Assembly (NCBI GenBank): GCA_002245135.1
Contig: NGBS01000907.1
Span: 1-62,747 of the forward strand
Source of the DNA: Proteromonas lacertae
Lineage: Eukaryota
Direction of reading: 5' to 3'
Length of the DNA stretch: 62,747 bases
Shown: piece after piece, positions 13,427 through 25,322 of the stretch
Layout of the letters: the number at the start of each line of letters is the position of its first letter
Numbering within the stretch: position 1 is the stretch's first letter
Position numbers and translations under genes: made by a program
The notes under the pieces: model-generated
Told to the model about the DNA's origin: nothing
Databases searched by the model: none
The model's input: the letters and a program-made list of their open reading frames with translations, nothing else

Positions 13427-15553
13427 ATGATAATAAAAGTGAATAAAAGCATAAGAGAAGAAGGGTATATTTTATATTTATTTTTATGATAGATTATGTC
13501 GAAAATTGGTTGAAAGTGGTTTTGGTGAAATAGAAGTGAAGATTAGAGATAATCGAATAATGTCAATCAAGTCAATTTTAGTGAATGGAAATGAAACTGT
13601 AAAGAAACTGTTATTAGATCGTGAGTTTGTAGGAGTTTTAGAGTTATATGAAGAAATCGAAGAAATTGGCTATTATGAGATGGAGAAATACTACAGTGGT
13701 GGTGAATTGATAATCTGTAAAGAGAGTGTATGTGAAGTGTTGATGTTTTGTTTATGTTATTGTGAAAAAGAGATAATAAATGATTGTTATGAATTTGTGA
13801 AGAATAATATAGATGATGAAGTATTAATGAAATTAATTCATATCTGTAATGTATTTGGTGGATGTTTGAGAGAGATAGAAGACTTGAAAAATATGGAAAT
13901 AGAAAAGCGAGGATATAAATATTTATATAAGAATGAATATTTGCTGAGATTAGAAATGAATAATTTGAGTGAGATATTAAATATGAAAGATGTGATAATT
14001 CGAAGTGAGAGTTGGTTATTAAATCGATTGTTAGAATGGTATAAATTCCAAAAGAATGAGAAATATGATAATAAAGAGATAGAAGATGATTTTAAGCAAT
14101 TGATAGAAGAAGATATCGATTGTGAAAAGATAAAAGAGAAAGAGATAGAAAAAGAGAATAAAGAAATGTTGAAAGAAATGAAAATAGAATTAAAGAAAAA
14201 TGAATGTAAAAATCATATAGAAATATATTTAATAAAAGATGAGAGAATTCAAAATGTAATAATCAACAATTACAATGAAGATAAAGATGAAGAAGTATTT
14301 AATGAAGAAAAAAGAAGAATATTGGATAAGATAAAAGAAGAAGAATTGAATGATGAAATAATGTGTATATTAGAAATGAATAATATAAAAATGATGGAAA
14401 TAGTATTGATGATAATGAAATATAAAAAAGTGAAAATGGAAAGTATAAATACTAAAAATATATTTAAATAGAATATATCTCAAATACAGAAAAGAGAAAT
14501 CTATTGGAAAGATTATATATAGAATACAATGATAATAAAAGAAATCGAACAATGAAATGTTTATGTTTGTTTGTTGATGATAAAAAGAATATATCAATAA
14601 TGGAAGAAGTATGTGGAAAAGAGATTCTTTTTAGAATATTGAATGAAGATAATTATTTAAATTCCAAATTTAAAGAATTATTAATTGAATATATAAAAGA
14701 GAATAAACTGAGTTTCGAAGAAGAAGAAGAAATGATAAAAATAATGAAAGATAAAGAATTATTGAGTGAATTAAAAACAAAAGAAATCACATCATTTTCA
14801 TATCCTCAATCAGAATATTTATTTATATCAGATGAAGAAATATTAATAATTCCTTCATTTGATGGATCAAAATGTGAATTTTCAATCAATCCTTCCTTAC
14901 CTGATGGTTTAATGATAGATAAAGAGAGTGGAATAATTCATGGAAAAATGAATAAAGTAATAGAAAAGAGAGAATATGGAATAAGTTGTAAGAATATTGT
15001 AAATGAAAAGAAATTCAAAATATCATTAGAATTTATTGGTGTAAAATTCACAGAATTAAACAAAAGTGATGGAATATCAATATCAAATAATGGAAAATTA
15101 ATAACAAATATATTCTATGATTGGAATCATTGTTATTTGAATTTGAAAATGGAAAATGGAATTTATCATATCAAATATCAATTTCATCAAAATGGAAGTT
15201 ATTATGATCATATGATGTTAGGATTATCAACTGATAATACATATTCTGGTAATGATATTCATTATCAATCAACAACATGTAATTATTATGCATTTTATGG
15301 TAAAAGTCAAGATATTACTTATTATTGTCATATTGGAAGAGTTGTTAATAAAAATCCAAATTTCAATAATCATGGAGATGGTTCAATTTATGAAGTGATT
15401 GTTGATATGAATAAAAGAGAATTTTGGATAAGTCATAATGATTCATCTCCTGTTTTACTTGTTGAAGATTTACCTTCTCCATTATATCCATATGCTGAAT
15501 TATTATACCAAAACACTTCACTTGAATTATTATCAGTTTCTCATTACCAATAA
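13427..15553 (+). CDS. BTB-BACK / putative Ig (He_PIG-like) / SPRY(B30.2) protein, intact copy
   Basis: ATG 13427. Introns 13465-13492 and 14443-14471 (GT-AG) give one frame. BTB-like N-terminus, BACK-like LLRLEMNNLSEIL...ESWLLNRLLEW, Ig-like FSINPSLPDGLMID..SGIIHG, SPRY-like GDGSIYEVIVDM...LYPYAEL. Confidence 0.82.
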
Positions 15554-15592
15554 AATATATAAAATGAAAATAATAATTAATAACATTTTAAA

Positions 15593-16716
15593 TTATTTTA
15601 TATTCTTATTTACATTCATTGATTTAGGAATTGAATTAGATTCATTTCTCTTTCGACGAAATTGTTTTGTTTCTAACTCATGGCCTCCACTACTTGGTAT
15701 TTCTAACTCTTTTAAATCACTTGCTTTTAATACTTTTTCAAACCATTTATGTCTTAAACATTCACTCGCACTTAACCGATTATTTCCATCTAATACTAAC
15801 AGCTTATTTATTAAATCAAATCCATCTTCACTTAATTTATAATCTTCACCTTGTTTCTCTTTTCCTATCATCTCTAAATGTTCTTTTAAACTTCTTTCTT
15901 TATTTAAATTCATATTCTTTAATAAATTACTGTTTTTCATTGATTTTAATTCCATTGGAATATCATTACTTCCACAAATATCTAATATCATTTCTAATTG
16001 TTCATTTTCTTTCGTTTTATTGAATATTGCTTTTCCTACTAATAATTCACCGATTATACATCCTACACTCCACATATCAACACTGTTATTATATTTTGTA
16101 CTTCCCAATAATAATTCAGGAGGTCTATACCATAATGTTATTACTTTATTCGTATATTCTCTTTCCATTGATGATAAACTACGACTTAAACCAAAATCAG
16201 CTAGTTTTAATTCATTGTTTTTGTTTATTAGAATATTCGAACATTTTAAATCTCGATGCATTATTTTCTTTTCATGAAGAAACTTTAAACCTATCAATAA
16301 CTGATAACTGTAACATTTGATTGTCTCTTCATCAAACCAAGGAATTATCTTCTCTCGACTTAAGTCCATTAAACCAGATAAATCAGTATCACAGTATTCA
16401 AATACCAAATATACATCATCTCTCTCACCTTCATTTTCGGAAGCACATGTTGCGATTTCTTTCAACTCTACTACATTTGGATGTTTTATACTCTTCAAGA
16501 TTTTGATTTCACGAATTGCAGTTATTGGGAAACCTTCATGTTGGTGATGTAATTGGATCTAAATATATATATTATTCTAAATACTTTCTTTAAAGCAACT
16601 AACTCTTTGGAGTCTTTACTATGTGCTAAATACACTTTACCATAGGTTCCTTGACCAATTTGACCTATTTTAATCCAGTAATTAGCATCTCTAGCTTCAG
16701 ATGATGTTTTTATCAT
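15593..16716 (-). CDS. PITAIRE-type cyclin-dependent kinase (CDK12/13/CDKC/Ctk1-like), intact copy
   Basis: A 26-nt intron (16559-16584) joins VALKK to IQLHHQHEGFPITAIRE. Complete kinase motifs. Confidence 0.93.
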
Positions 16717-16833
16717 TTTTAAATTTTACTGAGGCTTATTTTTATTTTAATATGTTGTTACTTTTATGGGTAATTACATTCTTTAAACAATGAAAGACAC
16801 ATATAGACATACATTAATATAATAAAAATCAAA

Positions 16834-18573
16834 TTATAAAGTTGATCTGTCCATTTCTATTGTCAAAGATTGTTCTTCAAAATCACCAGCATAAACTGGT
16901 TTCATTCTTACTATCAATATTCCATTCTCATTAATTCTCATTGTTACATCATCTTTTACTTTACCAGCTGGTTTAAGCTTTAGAATAGATAATGTATAAT
17001 CACCAATTTTCTTATTCTTTGAAGCAACTGGATTTTCTCCTTGATAAAATTTAGTATAAATGTGTTCTTGATCATCTTTTATTGTTTGATATCTATTAGT
17101 ATTTTCTGATGGAATTTTACTTCCTTTTTCTAGAATAATGGAATAAACATCTCCAACTATGTCTTTACCTATTGAATGAGTAAGAATCTCTTTTATAAGA
17201 ATTTTTCTTCCTGCACTTGGTTTGATTGGTTCTTTATATCCATTTGTTATTAATACTTTTCTTCCACTACTTCTATTTGGAACTAATACTTTTCTACCAC
17301 TTTTTTCTACTTTATTTGAATCAATATACTTAAACATTCTATCATCAACATTTAATATTTCATTGGTTTGATTATCTATTAGTTTCATTCTTCCATCTTT
17401 GCCTTTTTCTTCTCGAACTCCATTCAAAATATCTTCAGCTAAGATGGCTGCACCATAAGCTACAGCTTCATCAGGATTTATATCTTTATTCAATTCTTTA
17501 TTATTGAAGAATTTGGATAATAATTCTTGAACTTTGGGAATTCTACTACTTCCTCCAACTAACACTACATTATCAATATCATTTTTACTCAATCCACTTT
17601 CATTTAATACTTTTTCCACTATTTTTATTGTCTTTTCATAGATTTCTTTATTTAATTGATTAAAATCTTCTCTACTTAATTCACTATCAATATCATTATC
17701 TTCTAATATATCAGTCTCTATATCTACACTATTTGATTCACTTAACTGAATTTTAGCTTCATTACAAGCTTTTCTTAATCGATATATATCTTTGTCATTT
17801 AGTTTTATATTCTCATCTTTGGATTTTAACTTGCTTATATAGTAATTCATTAAATTTGAGTTTATATCTTCACCTCCTAAATGATCATCTCCACCTGTTG
17901 CTTTTACTGTGATTCTTTTATTTTTCACTTCGATTATACTAACATCAAATGTTCCACCTCCAAAATCATAGATTAAGATTTTTCGATCTTTATTATCTTT
18001 GAAGAATTGACTTCCATAAGCAATAGCAGCGGCTGTTGGTTCATTTATTATTTGTAATACATTCAATCCAGCTAATTCACCAGCTTCAATTGTTGCTCTT
18101 CTTTGTTCATTATCAAAATAAGCAGGAACTGTTATTACTGTATGAATTGTTTTGACTTTTTCATCTGTTTTATTTCTTAACCATTTTCCTAAATAACTCA
18201 ATACATGACTTGATATTTCTTGAGGTTTAGCTTTATATTCTTCGCCTTTATATTCTACTTTTATTAAACATCCACTATCACTCTTATCTTCTTCTACTTT
18301 AAATCCCCAATGTTTCATATCATCTTGAACTCCTTTCTCTGAGAATTTATGACCTATTATTCTTTTAGCATCATATACAGTATTGCCCATATATTTACCA
18401 GCTCTATTCTTAGCTGTATTACCAATAAGAATTTTATCACCTTCAAAACAAACATATGAAGGAGTTGTGGTTTTACCTTCTTCATTTGGTATTAATTCAA
18501 CATGTTCGTTTTTTGAAATAGCAACAGAAGAGAATGTAGTTCCTAAATCGATTCCACAAGTGAGTAATGGCAT
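16834..18573 (-). CDS. HSP70: Atypical Hsp70: intact ATPase domain, expanded linker, substrate-binding domain without lid or EEVD
   Basis: GIDLGTT, TTPSYV, TVPAYF, INEPTAAAIAYG, DFGGGTFDVS, VGGSSRIPK, NPDEAVAYGAA. Intronless; likely ATG at 18573. Confidence 0.93.
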   Translation of the reverse strand: MPLLTCGIDLGTTFSSVAISKNEHVELIPNEEGKTTTPSYVCFEGDKILIGNTAKNRAGKYMGNTVYDAKRIIGHKFSEKGVQDDMKHWGFKVEEDKSDSGCLIKVEYKGEEYKAKPQEISSHVLSYLGKWLRNKTDEKVKTIHTVITVPAYFDNEQRRATIEAGELAGLNVLQIINEPTAAAIAYGSQFFKDNKDRKILIYDFGGGTFDVSIIEVKNKRITVKATGGDDHLGGEDINSNLMNYYISKLKSKDENIKLNDKDIYRLRKACNEAKIQLSESNSVDIETDILEDNDIDSELSREDFNQLNKEIYEKTIKIVEKVLNESGLSKNDIDNVVLVGGSSRIPKVQELLSKFFNNKELNKDINPDEAVAYGAAILAEDILNGVREEKGKDGRMKLIDNQTNEILNVDDRMFKYIDSNKVEKSGRKVLVPNRSSGRKVLITNGYKEPIKPSAGRKILIKEILTHSIGKDIVGDVYSIILEKGSKIPSENTNRYQTIKDDQEHIYTKFYQGENPVASKNKKIGDYTLSILKLKPAGKVKDDVTMRINENGILIVRMKPVYAGDFEEQSLTIEMDRSTL

Positions 18574-18724
18574 TTTTAAAAATGTGGTGGTGTAAATATT
18601 AGCCAAAAGTTTACCAAAATAGACTGTAATAATTTTTAATATGTTATACACTAAGAAAAAAGATTGTTAAACTGCAGGAATAACATACAAACAATAACAC
18701 ATTAAAATAATAACTTAATCAAAA

Positions 18725-21377
18725 TCATAACAGTAAAGACATATCATTAGCTGTTATATAAGAATGGCTTACACCAGCAGGAACTACTTTCTGAGATAAT
18801 AATGAATTTAAATGAGATTGAAGTCTTTTCAATTGTTTTTTACCTTGTTTATTCTCCATTTCATCAATTTCTACTTCTTTATTTATTATTATTCCTGCAT
18901 CTTCAGCTTTTCTCTCAAGCCAAGTCGTTGATAAAGAAGTCTTTACCAACTGATTATTCAGATTAAATATTTGTTCAGCTACAGTTACTCTTTGCTTCAA
19001 TACATTCATATATCTCTGATCTATTGGATATAATGGCAATGATGATTTATGAAATAAAGCCGTTTCAATTCCTTTAATTCGATCTAATTCCATTGGAGCT
19101 ATCATACAGATAACTAATCCATTTTGACCTCCTCTTCCTGTTCTACCTGAACGATGTATAAATGTCTCGATATTAGAGGACATATGAAAATGTATCACTA
19201 ATTCTACGTCAGGTATATCAATACCTCTAGCCGCTACATCTGTTGCAATTAATATAACATTTTTACAGTCTCCTTCACATTTGCTTTGTTTGAATCTTTC
19301 TAAATTCTTTAATCTCTGTCTTTGTTGTTTCTTGGCGTGTAAGGAGTAACAAGTGTATTTTAATAAGGTTAATAATGATTCTAATCTTTTTACACACTTT
19401 ATAGTATTAACGAAAATCAAGCATTTTTTAGATGGATTTTTGAAGAGAATGTAATACAATAATTCATCTTTTTCTCTTTCATCTAAGGTTATTAAACGAT
19501 ATATATCAATATTTTTAGGTAAAATAAATGATTTGGCTTGTCTTGTTATACTACTTGATTCAATTTCATCTTCTTCTTCATCTTCACCATCTTTATCACT
19601 TTTTGATTTTGATTTGGTTGCATTATTGTTAACAGTTTTTGTTTGATTAGAAAGATCAATTATCTTTGGTTTACCTTGCAAATTCAAATCTTTTATGAAT
19701 TTTGTCAAATCATAAGTCGAGCTTTCTCTATTTAGATTTGTTTCACTTTCTAATGTTAAAGTTGCGCTGAATAACAATGTAAGTCTTTTATCTTTAGTGG
19801 TTCTACTTTCTTCAGCATCAGATATTGATGATATAATAATTGGAATTGAAGAATAACTTGTTGGAGATATCTATTAATAATTTAAAATAAATAATAATTT
19901 ATTTATACTAATTTATCTGCTTCATCAAATACTAAATATCTTATATTATTCAATTGAATTAGTTTTGGAGTTTTTGTAATTATTTCTACTAATCTACCAA
20001 CTGTAGCAATCACAATATTTGGTTTATAGGATAATAATCTCTTTTGTTTTTCCTCAGCTATTCCTCCATATATGGAAATGATTTTCACTTTATTTCTATC
20101 TGAGATTATTGCTTTCATATTAATTTCAACTTGTTTACATAATTCTCTAGTTGGGCAGATTACTAAACCATATAAATCATCTTTGAAATTATCTTTATCA
20201 TTCAAAATTGTATTGAGTATTGGCAAAGTATATGCTATAGTTTTACCACTTCCTGTTTCAGCTGCTGCTAATACATTACGACGATCACGAATGATGGATT
20301 CGAGGCAGAAATGCTGGATTTTGGTTGGAGTATTGAAGTCTTTTCTATAATAATAATAATAATAATAATAAATATATGAATTGATATTAAAAAAAAGTAT
20401 AAATAAAAGAAAATATACTTTGTTAATTGTGATATTAAAAATGGATTTAAATCATAATCATTCCAACTTGTTCCACTATACAATTCAATAGATGAATCAG
20501 TTGTTGATATTCCTTTAACATTATTGATTTCATTTAATCTATTCTCATGAACTTTCATTTCTTTGATTTTTTGTTTTTTATTATTCTTTTTTCGATTTTC
20601 ATCTGATTGTTTTAAGGCGTTTTTATGACTTTTACTGTGTAAATGAATTGTTAATTCGTTTTGAGATGAATAGGATAATTTACATAAGTTACAATTATAT
20701 TGAGTAATTACACCATCAGTTATTTTGTCTGTTATTTTATTTTCATTTTCTTCTATTTCCATCTCTTCTTGTTTTTGTTTTTCTTCATTTTGTAATTTTC
20801 TTTTTTCTATAAATTATATAACGAAATAAATATATAATTAATACTATTTTTCTTTTCTCTCTTTTTTTGATTCTTCTTTTGATTCTTTGTCAATTTCTTT
20901 TCATTTCCTTTTTCAATATTTTCTTCTTCAATTTCATTATCATTTTCTTGTTCTATTTCCATTTCTTCATCTGAATCTAACATCATCATATCATCATTAT
21001 CATCGTCAGAATGTTTTCTCTTTTTCTTTTTACCTTCTTCGTCTTCTACCACTCTTTTTGCATCTTCTAGTGGATCTGATTTTTCAACATGGAATTCATC
21101 CCCTATAACATTTAATATAATGGTAATTGAGTATACCTGGTATAACTTCCAAAGAAACAAAACCATCTTTGTATAGATCGTTTATATTTCCATCAAATAG
21201 TATGACACTATTTCCATCATCATCTACGTATGTTTCTTCAGATATATTTCTAATAAATAAAGAGATGAAAATCTAAAAATACGGTGCTTCCCCTTCAAAA
21301 TCGTCAGCGTTAACCTTCTTCTTAATATGTTTCTTCTACAATATATAATTCAAAAAATATACTTTTCCTTTACCCAT
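18725..21377 (-). CDS. DDX24: DEAD-box RNA helicase DDX24/Mak5-like with an N-terminal C2H2 zinc finger
   Basis: AAETGSGKT, PTREL, DEAD, FSATL, QRQRLKNLERF, TDVAARGIDIP, HRSGRTGR; CNLC...HLHSKSH finger; several introns. Confidence 0.88.
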
Positions 21378-21436
21378 AATTCGCAGAAATGAAAAAAGTT
21401 TGACAAACTTATTTGTCAAGCCTTCAATTTATAAAA

Positions 21437-21987
21437 ATGAATATTTTGTGTAGATTAGGTAGAGTTGCAGGAAGAACTGTGTTTTATCAAAGACCCATAA
21501 TAACATCTTTTCGTAATTTTGGTGATACAGTCTCTTCTTCAGCTAGTCATGAAGATTTTCGTCCTAAAAAGAAAATTAATGATGCAGATATGGATGAAGT
21601 GCTAAAATTCTTAAAGAAAGTATTTAAATCCAAAATTATTATATTAAATAGCTTGTGAAAGAAAATAAAGTGATGTTGTTTATGAAAGGCACACCATCAT
21701 TGCCACAATGTGGATTTAGTTATAAAGTATCAGAAATGTTGAAAGATATAGGTGTTGATTTTGCTTCAGCAAATATCTTAACAAGTCCGAAAGTGGCAGT
21801 AGCTTTAAAGAAATTTAGTGATTGGCCAACTTTTCCTCAACTTTATATAAATGGTGAATTTGTTGGAGGATGTGATATTGTTTCAGAATTATATGAAAAA
21901 GGTGAATTAAAGAAAATGTTGATTGATGCTGGAGTGAAAGTAGATAATCCCAATGAAAACAACAAGAATGAAACATCGTCAAAGTAA
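21437..21987 (+). CDS. GRX5: Monothiol (CGFS) glutaredoxin with a mitochondrial-type presequence
   Basis: FMKGTP..PQCGFS, WPTFPQLYINGEFVGGCD; Arg-rich N-terminus; intron 21620-21651. Confidence 0.93.
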
Positions 21988-22028
21988 TATTTATTTTAAA
22001 TAATAATAATTATTATAAGTTTTTGAGT

Positions 22029-22363
22029 TTATTGAAAATCATCTTCCTCTTTTAGAGGTTGTAAAGATTTTGGCTGTTTTGGTGCAGTTATAACTACATT
22101 ATTATTTTGTTTAATATTTGGTCGAATTATTCTACTACATGGTTGCCATGCAATTCCAGCTGAAAATCCTGTGCATAATGCTGTGAAACCTATTCTAAAA
22201 GATTTCTTTCCTAAACATATTGCAATTAAAAGAATATTATACTCCATAACAATAGACTAACACAAATACCAATTCCAAATCCACCTAGTATGTTCTTACC
22301 CATTTTTTTAGATGCAGCCTTCCATTTTTCTTCAAATACAAAATTGTGACTTCTATCCGACAT
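22029..22363 (-). CDS. MIC10: MICOS subunit Mic10-like
   Basis: EEKW...GGFGIGICVSLLL, then an intron, then ...TGFSAGIAW..C: two TM segments with glycine motifs typical of Mic10. Confidence 0.7.
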
Positions 22364-22518
22364 TTCTATAAATCAAAAAATCAAAAATAAAGAAATGAAA
22401 AAGCTTGACTTATCAAGTTTTTATTATTTTTGTATTATCATAGTGAGAAAATATTATGAAAAACACAAACAAAATAATAAAATAAAATCATAAAAGCAAA
22501 AATATTACCAGACATTTT

Positions 22519-23892
22519 TTATACAGAAGGATCAATATCGCTATCTGAACTATCTGAACTTACAGCAGCATTAACAGCTAATTTCTCAGCACTATTTGAT
22601 TGTTTTCTAGCTCTACCACCTCTCTTAGCAATTACAATTCTATCACTATCAGAAGAATCACTATCACTATCATTTTTCTTCTTATTTGGAACAGATTTCG
22701 ATTTTGGCTTTACTGGTTTACTATCTGAATCAGAATCTGAGTCGGAACTATCAGATCCTTTTTTCTTCTTTGGTAATGAATGTATTTTACTTTTAGATTT
22801 GGGAGGAGGAGGAATTGGTTTCTTACTCTTTTTTTTCTTCTTATCACTGTCAGAATCATCATCACTATCACTGTCTTTATCACTATCATCATCATCTTCA
22901 TCATCATCACTACTGCTAACTTTCTTTTTTGAAAATTTTGAAGATTTCTTGGGTGGTGGTTTAGATTTTCCTTTTCCTTTACTTTTACTTTTCTTCTTCT
23001 TTTTATCATCATCTGAATCACTATCTTCGTCACTGTCCTTCTCACTATCATTCTCATCTTCATCTTCAGAGCTTGAAGCAGTAACAGGCTTCTTACCTTT
23101 CTTTACTGGTTTATTATTATTTTTTTTCTTCTTTTTACCACTATCAGAATCAGAATCAGAATCATCATCATCACTGTCAGATTTCTTCTTATCTTCTTTT
23201 TCAACTACTACCTTCTCAGGAGCTTTACTTGGATTTCCTCTAAATGTTAATATTATTGGTCTACCACTCAATGCAATCATCGCTTTCACTTCTTCAAATG
23301 ATTTGTTCAATGTTGGTTCACCATCTACACTAGAGATAACATCATTCATATAAACTAATCCCGATTCTTCAGCCATGCCTGGTAGTTTATCTTTACCTCT
23401 AGTAAACGCCATTATGCTTACTTTATAGTCATCTTTTTCATTTGGTTGAATTCTTAAACCAAGATCATCGTCAAATAGTAGAGATACTTCTCTCACTCCT
23501 TTCTTAAAATATCCTAAAAAACTTAATACATTTTGATCTTTCTCCATTCTAGGGATTTTGATTAATTCCTTCATGTATTGTTTGAGTAATTTTTTCCTTT
23601 TATCTAAGAAATCTGGACTTGTATGATCGGTAAACCATGTAATTTCTTTGGGTGGAACTGCTGGAAGCATATTTTTGACATGATCATCTTTATACTCTTT
23701 CTCTAAACCGGTATGTAAATCTCTGAATTCTTGAAAATGGTGATATATTTGGTAATTGGTTGATACATCTCCTTCTTTGATTACTGTCTCTACAAGATAA
23801 AATCCAACTGTTTTGTGATTGTAAGTGGCACATACAACTGGAGATGTGACATTTATCTTTGATATTTTCAATGAAGATTTTGATTTCCCCAT
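22519..23892 (-). CDS. PX + PDZ domain protein with an S/D/K low-complexity tail
   Basis: PX-like HHFQEFRDLH...LPAVPPK...KRKKLL..YM..L; PDZ-like GMAEESGLV..NDVISSVDGE; long SDSD and poly-K tail. Confidence 0.8.
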   Translation of the reverse strand: MGKSKSSLKISKINVTSPVVCATYNHKTVGFYLVETVIKEGDVSTNYQIYHHFQEFRDLHTGLEKEYKDDHVKNMLPAVPPKEITWFTDHTSPDFLDKRKKLLKQYMKELIKIPRMEKDQNVLSFLGYFKKGVREVSLLFDDDLGLRIQPNEKDDYKVSIMAFTRGKDKLPGMAEESGLVYMNDVISSVDGEPTLNKSFEEVKAMIALSGRPIILTFRGNPSKAPEKVVVEKEDKKKSDSDDDDSDSDSDSGKKKKKNNNKPVKKGKKPVTASSSEDEDENDSEKDSDEDSDSDDDKKKKKSKSKGKGKSKPPPKKSSKFSKKKVSSSDDDEDDDDSDKDSDSDDDSDSDKKKKKSKKPIPPPPKSKSKIHSLPKKKKGSDSSDSDSDSDSKPVKPKSKSVPNKKKNDSDSDSSDSDRIVIAKRGGRARKQSNSAEKLAVNAAVSSDSSDSDIDPSV

Positions 23893-24456
23893 ATCTATGA
23901 AAATAGAGAATATATATAAAATAGGGTAAAAATAAAAATTAATAGTTTTAAAAGCAGTAAAAAAAACTGAGTAATTATAAAAAGCAATTTATATAAATAT
24001 AGATAAGGGCTGACTCATACATTTTCGAAGATCAGTATTACAGAAAATACAAAAAATACAAAAAGCACTAAAAATACATACGTATTATTAATAAAAAATA
24101 CAGTGTATTAATTCAATCGTCATTTTTCATCAGTTAGTATTATTCAAACTTGATGTAATGATGTTTTTGAGGGATGCAGTCTAAATTTTATTTTACATGT
24201 ATGATTGAACTGCTCATTTAGTGAATATAATAAATAAAGTCGTTTTTGATAAGAACAAAAACATTTATAAAAGTTTTTGATGATATTAATACGAAGTTAA
24301 AATAATATATTTCATGCATAAATCTATCCTTTCATCAAATATGAGTGTCATGTGGAACATGAATTTCAAAAATGAATTTTTAGGCTAGCCAATCAAATCA
24401 CTCATATTTTTGTTTTTTGATCCTGATTTTAAAAGCTCAAATTGTTCACATAAATA

Positions 24457-25110
24457 ATGATAAGACCTATACCTGTATCTCCATTCAAACAAGTTGATAT
24501 TCCCATTTCAAATACGCCAAACACTAACTCTGGTCTATTCGAAACATCCAAACTACCTTTTTCACCAATACAATATTCTGAAATAAACAATCCAAGAAAA
24601 AAAAGAGCAGTACTACCTAAAAACGAGAATATGGCACCACTAGATAACAAATCAACATCAATTCCACCTATTTCACAAGAGTTATTAAATTTTTATTTAC
24701 CAATATATCAATTACAGTTGCTTCTTCAGCAGAATTTGTTGAAACAATCACTCATATCACAAAATTTGTCAAATCAAGTCACACAACAACCAATATATCC
24801 ATCCTACCAACCAGGACAACAGATTCAGAAGAATAAAAAAACAATATCTCCTAAAGCAATAAATCCCTTACCACAGAAAAGAAAATTACACATAACACCT
24901 TTAGATATTTTAGTGGAAGTAGCTACAACACATCCTGACTTTGCTGATGGATTCAAGAAGGAGGACAACGTGTTTTGTTCAACATGTTGCCATTACAGAC
25001 CTTCTTACTGTTTCAGAGAAATAAAGAAAGCCAATTGTAAGAATATGTGTATAGATTGTCACAATTCCAGGCAAAGATGTTACTATCGTGCTATTAAATC
25101 AAAGAATTAG
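24457..25110 (+). CDS. Hypothetical P/Q-rich protein with a C-terminal Cys cluster (possible zinc finger)
   Basis: 217-aa intronless ORF; CSTC...CIDC; Q/P-rich middle. Confidence 0.6.
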   Translation: MIRPIPVSPFKQVDIPISNTPNTNSGLFETSKLPFSPIQYSEINNPRKKRAVLPKNENMAPLDNKSTSIPPISQELLNFYLPIYQLQLLLQQNLLKQSLISQNLSNQVTQQPIYPSYQPGQQIQKNKKTISPKAINPLPQKRKLHITPLDILVEVATTHPDFADGFKKEDNVFCSTCCHYRPSYCFREIKKANCKNMCIDCHNSRQRCYYRAIKSKN

Positions 25111-25322
25111 TTAAATATGATATTTTAGTTCATATTTGTTTATAAACAATAGTTAACAGTTATACATAGTACTATATAAATAAATAAATATATATATTTA
25201 CCATATGTGGTTTATTTGTGTTTGGTTTATGAAATAATTAAAATGAAATTTTCTTTTGCAAAATAGAATTTAAAACAAGCTTAAAACGAACTTGCGTTTC
25301 TTTTTTTTATTTTTAGTTTATT

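Larger units (their letters stand above)
12882..16837. repeat. Right arm of the ~4 kb inverted segmental duplication (partner 1-3952)
   Basis: Reverse complement of 1-3952 with scattered substitutions and indels. Confidence 0.97.

Noticed and set aside
1..16837. Inverted arms as TIRs of a giant transposon
   Set aside because: Arms and interior contain only host-type genes, with no transposase or visible termini. Segmental duplication is simpler.
22710..23353. Overlapping alternative-frame and antisense ORFs (also 29303-29738, 31507-32124, 563-1174, 2625-3269, 57742-58086)
   Set aside because: Shadows of low-complexity or biased coding sequence in real genes.
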